This document shows, one piece after another, positions 34,763 through 41,323 of a DNA stretch of 41,323 nucleotides. This DNA is from Armatimonadia bacterium (GTDB lineage Bacteria > Armatimonadota > Zipacnadia > Zipacnadales > UBA11051). The notes beneath the pieces are model-generated. The model made no database searches. It was not told where the DNA came from and saw only the letters and a list, made by a program, of their open reading frames with translations. The position numbers were made by a program, and so were the translations under genes. Positions within the stretch are counted from its first letter, which is position 1; each line of letters opens with the position of its first letter. The stretch covers positions 1 to 41,323 of the forward strand of contig JBDKRC010000143.1 in NCBI GenBank assembly GCA_039683575.1, in the 5' to 3' direction.

Positions 34763-35593
34763 ATGGGTTACGTAGATGCGCATGTGCATGTCTGGACGGA
34801 TGACTTTGCGCGATATCCGCTGGCTGAGGGATACACGCCGGAGGAGATGAAGCCGCCGACCTTCACGGCGGAGGACATTCTGCGCCACGCCAAGCCTTCC
34901 GGCGTAGACCGGGTGGTACTGGTGCAGATGAGCTACTATGGCACCGACAACTCGTATATGCTCGACACGATGAAGCGGTATCCCGGGGTGTTTGGCGGGA
35001 TAGCGGTCATTGATGAGAGCCGGCCGGATGTGGAGGAGGAGATGAACCGGCTGGCCGAGCAGGGCGTGCGGGGATTCCGGATTCAGCCAAAGCAGAGCCC
35101 GGCGGGGAACTGGCTGGACACTGAGGGCTTCCATCGGATGTTCACCGAGGCAGCGAAGCGGCACTTGATGCTGTGCTGCCTGATGGGGCCGGATGGGATT
35201 GATGCGGTGGCGTCTATGTGCGGTCAATACCAACATGCGCCGGTGATCATTGACCACCTCTGCCGGATTGGGATGGACGGGACAATCTGCGATGACGATA
35301 GAGATGCTTTGTGCCGGCTCTGCATATTCGAGAACCTGAAGGTTAAGATCTCGGCGTTCTACGCGTTGGGGCAAAAGCGGCCGCCACATGATGACCTGCT
35401 GCCGATGATCCAGCGGGTGTGCGACGCTTTCGATCCCCGGGCGCTGATGTGGGGGAGCGACTGCCCGTACCAGGTGCAGGAAGAGACGTATGAGGACGGG
35501 CTGGCGCTGGTGCGCGACCGGGTGACCTTCAAGAGCGAGGACGCGCGGGAGTGGGTTCTGGGGAAGACGGCGGAGAGCTACTTCTTCGAGTGA
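34763..35593 (+). CDS. Amidohydrolase_2 family (sugar lactonase-like)
   Basis: YVDAHVHVW, GVDRVVLVQ..YYGTDNSY, GVRGFR, IIDHLC, VKIS, LMWGSDCP. Confidence 0.9.
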   Translation: MGYVDAHVHVWTDDFARYPLAEGYTPEEMKPPTFTAEDILRHAKPSGVDRVVLVQMSYYGTDNSYMLDTMKRYPGVFGGIAVIDESRPDVEEEMNRLAEQGVRGFRIQPKQSPAGNWLDTEGFHRMFTEAAKRHLMLCCLMGPDGIDAVASMCGQYQHAPVIIDHLCRIGMDGTICDDDRDALCRLCIFENLKVKISAFYALGQKRPPHDDLLPMIQRVCDAFDPRALMWGSDCPYQVQEETYEDGLALVRDRVTFKSEDAREWVLGKTAESYFFE

Positions 35594-35630
35594 GGCCCTC
35601 AGGGGACCATGCGGCCGGATGATTGCTTGT

Positions 35631-35666
35631 AGCGGGAGGGGCTGTTGGGGCTCCTCCCGCTTTTTC
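35631..35666 (+). terminator. Intrinsic terminator after the amidohydrolase
   Basis: Stem AGCGGGAGGGGC / GCTCCTCCCGCT followed by a T-run. Confidence 0.7.
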
Positions 35667-35697
35667 GTTAGGGACTGACTGCAAAGTGAGGTCTTCC

Positions 35698-38427
35698 ATG
35701 CGAATGCTTCTGGCGTTGGGCTTGCTGATCAGCGTTCAGGCGTATGCGGCGGAGTTGACGGTGGTGCACGGCGGAGCGGGGCAGATCACACTGGCAACGG
35801 TGGAGACGGGGCAGTATAAGGCGCTGATCGACGCGGGCAAGGGCGCGAGGATGATGTCGCTCTATGATAAGGCGCTTGGGGCGGAGATTGTGCAGAAGGA
35901 TGAGTCCGGGCTAGGCGGGCTCTTCGAGGACCGGCCGCTGTTCAGCGTGTGCGAGTATGAGGGACGGATACTGAAGCAGAAGCCCGAGGAGATTGTGCTG
36001 CGATTTGCGGTGAGCAAGGATGGGATCAACCTGGTGAAGACCTATACCTTCACCGAGGGTAAGCCCGTGTTCGGGGTACGGTATGAGGTGGAGAATTCCA
36101 CGCAGCTTCCGTTCAAGCTGTGGATCAGGAACTTTGCCAATCCCGGCGGTGGGGCGGTGACGGATGCCGACCATGGCTTCATGCGCAGCGGCGGGAAGGT
36201 GCTGGAGGTGCCGGTGCCGGGGACTTACTACCGGGACCTGGAGGAGCCGTGGGCGGCTTATGTCGATACGGAGAAGAAGTCGGGCTATTTCGTGCGGTGC
36301 GACTTTGACCTGCTGGACAGCTTCTATTTCTGGAACGGGAGCCGCATCACGCCGACGTTTGAGTGGCTCTACAAGCCCGTGCCGCCGGGGCAGAAGGTGG
36401 CGACGGGGCTGGTGTTTGGGCTGGTCAGCGGGCTTGAGAAGGTTGGAAGCGTCTCGGCGGCCGGTGTAGTGAGCGCGGAGATGGGGACGGCTGAGGCGCG
36501 GGTGGAGCCGAAGTTCGCGGCCATTGAGGGGTGGAAGCCGCTGGAGGAGCTATACAAGCCTACGACGGAGGAGATGGCGCGAGGCTTCATCGCGGTGGTG
36601 AGCGGCAAGCAGGCACCGGCGCCGCGGCTGACCGGTTTGCAGGTGGATTTGGGATTGGACGAGCGGGAAGCTGTGCCGCTGGAGTGCTTTGGGCTGGCCG
36701 AGGAGGCGAAGATTGACGCGACGGTGTGGGGGCCGGGCGGGGCGGCGGTCAAGCCGGAGACGATACTGGTGCGGGTCGAGATGGACTCGTGGCTTGAAGG
36801 TGGGGCGACGCTGAAGGTGCAGCGCGGGCGGAGCGGGCGGCTGTGGCTGACGGTTGACAGCAAGGGGCTCAAGCCGGGGCAGTATGACTATCAGGTGGTT
36901 CTGAGCCGCAGTGGGCAGGGGGAACCGGTGCTGCTGCCGCTGCAGGTGACGGTATGGAACACAAAGCTGCCGGAGCGGCCGGTGATTGGGACGCAGCTCT
37001 ATGCGTACCCGCCGACATTGTCGTCGTACACGCTGGATGAAGCGGCCAAGAAGAAGTTCATGGCGTACGTGCAAAACATGCAGGAGATGCACTGCGACAA
37101 CTGCGACTGGGCGGTGGGAGTGCATGTGCCGGCGGCGCGGGTGACGGTCAAAGGGACAGGGGAGCTTCTGACGGAGTGGTCCAAGGCGCATCCGAACACC
37201 GCGGTGGAGAAGCTGCCGGATATTGACTTCGGGTACTTCGACCTCTGGTTCGACGAGTACGCCAAGCGGGGGATGACGCGGTTTGTGGCACATGTGCCGG
37301 CGGGGAATGGGTGGCGGGAGGCGGCCATCATCCAGGCGGCGCTGGGACGCAAAGTGGAGGATGTGAACTCAGCGGAAGCCTGGGCAGTGATGGAGTGGTA
37401 CTACAAGCAACTGCGGCAATATGCGGAGGCGAAGGGGTTCGACTCATTCTGGGCCAAGGTTGATGACGAGATCTCGCAGGAGGACATCCCGCAATGGCTC
37501 GTGGGGGCTGCGCACTACCGGAAGGCGGGGTACAAGCCCTTCACGACCAATACGGGCAACACCGCACGATCTGCAACGCTACTGCGGGAAATGAACAAGG
37601 AGAGCGAGGCGTGGCAGGTGGCGTTGTGCCTCAGCCGCGAGTTCATGCAGTTGACCCGGCAAGGAGCGGTGTTTGAGACGCGGCGGGAGCCGGTGACGCT
37701 CAATTTCGCGCAGTATGGCAATGGTGGGGCAGTCGAGACGTGGGCGACGCGGCAGAAGTTCTTCACCGAGGACAAGGCGGAGGACCGCGTGGATGAGGTG
37801 CAGGTGTTTGTGAACGGACAACAGGTGAAGATGCGCGGAGGGAGCGGCTGGGGGAACAAAGATCGCGGCGTGGCGATGCACTATGGCGGGCATATCTACC
37901 TGAGCCTGCCTGACGGGGGAGATCCGAACGGGGCGAAGGTGGAGGTCAGCTACCGGCTGCGGACGACACAGGCCGGAGGCGAGCCAGCGGTGAAGCTCGA
38001 GCCGACCGATGAGGTGTGGTATTACGGCGGGGGGAGCTACAAGACGCCGTACGAGGCGGCGCGGGCGTATGCGTGGCGGGTGTGTGCGTTTGGGATGCGT
38101 GGGTATGGGTGGTGGACGTACCTGTGGCATGACACCGAGAACATCGTGGTGAAGCTCGATCCAAAGGCATACGCGCTGAAGCTGTCGCCGGCGTGGGAGG
38201 GGCTGCGGGATGGCAATGAGGATGGGGCATACTTCACTCTCGCGGCGCGGAAACTGGAGCGCGAGGGGAAGGTGGAGGAGCTGAAGCGGCTGCGGGCGGT
38301 GCTGGACCAACACCTGCCGCGCGGTGAGGTGAGACGCGAGATCTACGCGTGGGATGACTTCATCGAGCCGACCTGCGCGGGGTACAACGCGGCCAAGCGG
38401 GAGGCGCTACGGGTTTTGGCGAATTAG
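35698..38427 (+). CDS. Large secreted protein: N-terminal galactose-mutarotase-like beta-supersandwich plus DUF4091/GH123-like domain
   Basis: Signal peptide; LWLTV......PG.Y...V.L...PL.VTV...LP; DDE; G.GWW.Y; WEGLRDGNED.AY C-terminal motif. Confidence 0.65.
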   Translation: MRMLLALGLLISVQAYAAELTVVHGGAGQITLATVETGQYKALIDAGKGARMMSLYDKALGAEIVQKDESGLGGLFEDRPLFSVCEYEGRILKQKPEEIVLRFAVSKDGINLVKTYTFTEGKPVFGVRYEVENSTQLPFKLWIRNFANPGGGAVTDADHGFMRSGGKVLEVPVPGTYYRDLEEPWAAYVDTEKKSGYFVRCDFDLLDSFYFWNGSRITPTFEWLYKPVPPGQKVATGLVFGLVSGLEKVGSVSAAGVVSAEMGTAEARVEPKFAAIEGWKPLEELYKPTTEEMARGFIAVVSGKQAPAPRLTGLQVDLGLDEREAVPLECFGLAEEAKIDATVWGPGGAAVKPETILVRVEMDSWLEGGATLKVQRGRSGRLWLTVDSKGLKPGQYDYQVVLSRSGQGEPVLLPLQVTVWNTKLPERPVIGTQLYAYPPTLSSYTLDEAAKKKFMAYVQNMQEMHCDNCDWAVGVHVPAARVTVKGTGELLTEWSKAHPNTAVEKLPDIDFGYFDLWFDEYAKRGMTRFVAHVPAGNGWREAAIIQAALGRKVEDVNSAEAWAVMEWYYKQLRQYAEAKGFDSFWAKVDDEISQEDIPQWLVGAAHYRKAGYKPFTTNTGNTARSATLLREMNKESEAWQVALCLSREFMQLTRQGAVFETRREPVTLNFAQYGNGGAVETWATRQKFFTEDKAEDRVDEVQVFVNGQQVKMRGGSGWGNKDRGVAMHYGGHIYLSLPDGGDPNGAKVEVSYRLRTTQAGGEPAVKLEPTDEVWYYGGGSYKTPYEAARAYAWRVCAFGMRGYGWWTYLWHDTENIVVKLDPKAYALKLSPAWEGLRDGNEDGAYFTLAARKLEREGKVEELKRLRAVLDQHLPRGEVRREIYAWDDFIEPTCAGYNAAKREALRVLAN

Positions 38428-38435
38428 GCGGAGGT

Positions 38436-38474
38436 CCCTGAGGCCCGGCGGTATAGCCGGGCCTCAGGGCTTTG
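38436..38474. terminator. Hairpin terminator between convergent genes
   Basis: 14-bp stem CCCTGAGGCCCGGC / GCCGGGCCTCAGGG followed by CTTTG. Confidence 0.65.
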
Positions 38475-38616
38475 CACTTGGCGTCGTCGCGCCAGGTGGT
38501 GGGCCTTGAGGTGCATGGCTCAGTCTGCCTTCGGTGGTCGGGCCAGAGCAGGCGGACGGGGGCCGAGCCGAGACCGCCGCGGTCTTAAGCCTGCCTCTGG
38601 CCGCGGGTGCAAGGCG

Positions 38617-38657
38617 TGTCGGCGATAACGGCGGGCCGGCTGAAGCTCGGCCCCTCC
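38617..38657. repeat. REP-like element, near-copy of 5633-5673
   Basis: TGTCGGCGATAACGGCGGGCCGGCTGAAGCTCGGCCCCTCC versus TGTCGGTGATAACGGCGGGCCGGCTAAAGCTCGGCCCCTCC. Confidence 0.85.
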
Positions 38658-38673
38658 AGAGGCCAGACGAGAC

Positions 38674-39774
38674 TCAGCGGATCAGGATATCCGGGCGCTC
38701 TATCGTCTGACCGTGGTACTCGATCTCAACTGTGGGCCAGTCGGCAGCTGGCGTCAGGATTTCGGGGCCTGCCTCCGTGGCCAGGATGGTGTCTTCGGAC
38801 TTGGTGCCGGTGATCGAGGGGTTCCAGGCGAAGGCCTGGTTGTCGCGTACCATCTCGGCGGTGTCGGAGGTGGCCTTATAGTCGCGTCCGGCGTAGCCAC
38901 AGGCTCCTCCCTGGTGGTGCAGACGCCACTCGTTGGCAAAGCCCGTGGCCGCGTAGGTTTGCACGGCGTGGGAGAAGATGCTGTTGACCTTTGCGCCGGG
39001 GCGGGTCTCGAGGCAGAAGCAGGCGTCTACCTTCATAACGGCATCGTGCTTCTCGCGCAGTTCGACCGAGAGATCCCCAAAGTGGACTATGCGGGTGGCG
39101 GAGGCCTGCAGACCGTGGCGCCGGACCGAGGCGACCAGCATTGCGTAGCGGTCAAGCTTGTTGGCGGTCGGAAGCGGGTGGCGGAACTTGGCGATCCGCT
39201 CATCGGCGGCGATGAGGATGACATTCGGCGCGATGCCGAGGGACTTGAGCTTGCCGGTGAGCAGGCCGGCGATCTCATGCTCGGTCTGGCCGATGGAGAT
39301 CTCGCGGGCGGTTTCGGTCAGGCAGCGGGAGACGTCAGAACCGAGGGCGCGGTAGCGGTCAACCTCGGGTGCCAGCAGGCTCCAGCGCAGGCGGCTGATC
39401 TCGTCGCCATAATCCGAGGCGCCGACAAGCCAGTCGCCATCGGCGGCAACTTCGCCGGTCACGACACCGTCGAGAAGCTCCACGAGGTTGTTTTTGTGCC
39501 ACTCGTCCTGAACGAGCTCGAACTCCAGGCCCTGAAGCTCTTCCTCGGCCAGACGACCGGCCTCGATGTTGTCGCTGACGACGAACTGACCATCCAGAGT
39601 CACGACAACGACCGCGGCGCCGCGCTCGGAAGCGAGGGCTACGACATCATCCCCGCCGGCGGTGATCCAGGAGAAGTTCGTGGCTCCGCCGAGCACAACG
39701 GCATCAAGTTCCTCGGCCTCCATCAGGGTGCGGAGGCGTTCCAGCTTGGCGTTGACTTCGTCGAGACGATCCAT
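38674..39774 (-). CDS. M24 (pita-bread fold) Xaa-Pro peptidase/creatinase-like protein with atypical active site
   Basis: Creatinase-type N-domain (KLERLR.LM....LDAVVL....NFSWIT.G), G.TE.EIA, A..TR, HHQGG, WNPSI, KSEDTI. Confidence 0.8.
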   Translation of the reverse strand: MDRLDEVNAKLERLRTLMEAEELDAVVLGGATNFSWITAGGDDVVALASERGAAVVVVTLDGQFVVSDNIEAGRLAEEELQGLEFELVQDEWHKNNLVELLDGVVTGEVAADGDWLVGASDYGDEISRLRWSLLAPEVDRYRALGSDVSRCLTETAREISIGQTEHEIAGLLTGKLKSLGIAPNVILIAADERIAKFRHPLPTANKLDRYAMLVASVRRHGLQASATRIVHFGDLSVELREKHDAVMKVDACFCLETRPGAKVNSIFSHAVQTYAATGFANEWRLHHQGGACGYAGRDYKATSDTAEMVRDNQAFAWNPSITGTKSEDTILATEAGPEILTPAADWPTVEIEYHGQTIERPDILIR

Positions 39775-39790
39775 CTTCATGCTCCAATAC

Positions 39791-40771
39791 TCATCTGATT
39801 TCAGGTTCTGAGCCAGCCCAGGCGTCTTCGGCTGACAGGCCGCCGTGGATGACGGCGGCAACGGCGCGCGCCATTTGCGCAGGATCGGCGGTGCCGGGGA
39901 ATAGTACGTTGCGGCCGATCAGCGCGCCGCAGACGTTCGGGCCGGCAGCCATGCCGGTGTGCAAGTCGCGCAGGAGCGGCAGTGGGTCATCCACGGCCTC
40001 GCCACCCAGCATGAGAATGGGGCAGGTGGTGGCACGAGCCACGACGTCATAGTTGGGCCCGTACGGAAGCTTCAGCCAGGTGTTGAGCGACGAGCGGCCG
40101 AGCGCGGCGGCGACGCCGCAGATCCTGGCCATCGTGGCGGCGTCCTTTTGAACCACATACTTACCGTTGTCGAGAGTCACGGCCAGAGGCTCAAGGAAGA
40201 CTGCCAGATCATGATCGAGACAATCGTTGATGGCCTCGGAGCATTTGCAGATGGTCCGGCCGCTGGCGGGGTCCTGCGGGTCGAGACGGAACATGAGCTT
40301 GGCGCCGTCGAGGTTCATCTCGGTCAGGCCCCGAGCATCGTAGGCAGTAAAGGTATCGGCCATTTCGAAGGCGGTGCCAGCCAGACCACCACGGTTCATG
40401 CAGCCGATGAGCAGACGCTCGTTCAGCAGGCCCTGCTCCAGCAGCAGATCGAGGATGATGATCTCTTCGATGATATCCGGAGTGGCCATGAGGCCGTCAA
40501 CTTCGGGACACTGCAGGACGCGCAGGATGCGCGCGAGGTATTCGCGGCGGTTGGCGAGGGCCAGCGGGTCGCCGAGGGCGGCTGTGACCATGCGGCCGGG
40601 GTGATCGGCGGCCAGAATGACGAGTTTGCCGCCGGCGGTGAGGCTGCGGCGCCTGATACGGCACGTTGCGTGCTGCCGGACCGCATCGGCGCTTTGCAGG
40701 CGCGTCTGGGTAATCTGCCCCAGGAGCGCCGGGGGAAGAGCGGAGTCTGCGTTGAAGCCGTGGTCACTCAT
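39791..40771 (-). CDS. Class I aldolase-like TIM barrel (Cgl0159-like)
   Basis: LVILAADHPGR, DGLMATPDIIEE, MNRGGL.G..FE..D.FT, GAKLM.R.D..D, FLEP, WLKLPY (Schiff-base Lys), LMLGG, G.LIGRN.LFP. Confidence 0.8.
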   Translation of the reverse strand: MSDHGFNADSALPPALLGQITQTRLQSADAVRQHATCRIRRRSLTAGGKLVILAADHPGRMVTAALGDPLALANRREYLARILRVLQCPEVDGLMATPDIIEEIIILDLLLEQGLLNERLLIGCMNRGGLAGTAFEMADTFTAYDARGLTEMNLDGAKLMFRLDPQDPASGRTICKCSEAINDCLDHDLAVFLEPLAVTLDNGKYVVQKDAATMARICGVAAALGRSSLNTWLKLPYGPNYDVVARATTCPILMLGGEAVDDPLPLLRDLHTGMAAGPNVCGALIGRNVLFPGTADPAQMARAVAAVIHGGLSAEDAWAGSEPEIR

Positions 40772-41322
40772 GGTTGCTTATCTGTGGAGGAGTGGTAGTC
40801 GCGGAGCAAGGCCAGGGCGCGGCGGGCGCTCTCGGCGGCGTCTGCCACCGTGGTCATCATTGAGGCCATGTTGCGAAAGACGTAGTGGGTGGTGACACTG
40901 AGCCCGCCAAAGAGCAGCAGAGCGGCTACGCCGGCGATGCTTGCCAACGGTCCGGCCTGGCTGAGGATGGCAACAACCACGAGTAGCACTCCCACCAGGG
41001 CGAAAACTACGGCCAGGAGCAGGCCCAGAGTGCTGGTGGTGCTGGCCTCGTCGCGCAAGCGCATGTAGTCGGTGCGGTGCTCAACGGCTGGTATCCCTGC
41101 CGGACGCGGGGGCACATGTGGTGTGTGCTCCGGCGCGCCAGTCTGGGCCAGTACCCGTTTGAGGGCCTCATCGGGGTCTACGGCCGGGGCCTGCGTCTGA
41201 CGCGCCCGAGCGGCTTCCACTGAGCGCCGCCAAACCTCATCATTTTCCGCCGACTCGCCTTTGGCTTTGCGTCCTGCGGCGGTCAGCGTGCCACAGGCCC
41301 AACAGGTCAGGGCCGTGTCTTC
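40768..41322 (-). CDS. Hypothetical two-TM membrane protein with N-terminal zinc-ribbon half (5' end outside window)
   Basis: Frame open to the window edge, reading EDTALTCWACGTLT...; two hydrophobic helices; ATGA overlap with the aldolase start. Confidence 0.65.
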   Translation of the reverse strand, partial: EDTALTCWACGTLTAAGRKAKGESAENDEVWRRSVEAARARQTQAPAVDPDEALKRVLAQTGAPEHTPHVPPRPAGIPAVEHRTDYMRLRDEASTTSTLGLLLAVVFALVGVLLVVVAILSQAGPLASIAGVAALLLFGGLSVTTHYVFRNMASMMTTVADAAESARRALALLRDYHSSTDKQP

Positions 41323-41323
41323 G

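Noticed and set aside
1..41323. RAYT/transposase, integrase, tRNA, rRNA or recognisable defence system
   Set aside because: No HUH/Y1, DDE or tyrosine-recombinase motifs in any ORF, and no tRNA or rRNA signatures seen; any REP mobiliser must lie elsewhere.

Overview
GC-rich bacterial chromosomal window of about 30 protein-coding genes, from a diderm organism (outer-membrane porin present). A prepilin/DUF1559 H-X9-DG protein and many secreted beta-helix glycan enzymes suggest Armatimonadota or a PVC-like lineage; this is inference only. Content is mostly accessory metabolism: three beta-helix/GH-like secreted proteins, a GH3 NagZ-like enzyme, four Gfo/Idh/MocA oxidoreductases, GDH, CorA, DedA, two tandem M55 D-aminopeptidases, a nitrilase-family hydrolase, a DUF362 Fe-S protein, a URO-D-like protein, an amidohydrolase, an M24-fold protein and a class I aldolase. 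I found no rRNA, tRNA, CRISPR array, transposase or integrase. The most striking signal is non-coding. Many intergenic gaps hold REP-like palindromes from several families, mostly in one orientation regardless of gene direction. Several share a constant tail (ATCACCGAC) joined to different hairpins, one subfamily shows stem covariation around a conserved loop, one forms a 10-copy tandem array, and one lies in-frame inside a membrane-protein gene. Other oddities are a stand-alone tandem PurS-like protein, an in-frame TAA in a ~1270-codon secreted gene, an M24 protein lacking most metal ligands, and a candidate structured attenuator upstream of the porin. All calls come from motif recognition by eye; no searches were run.
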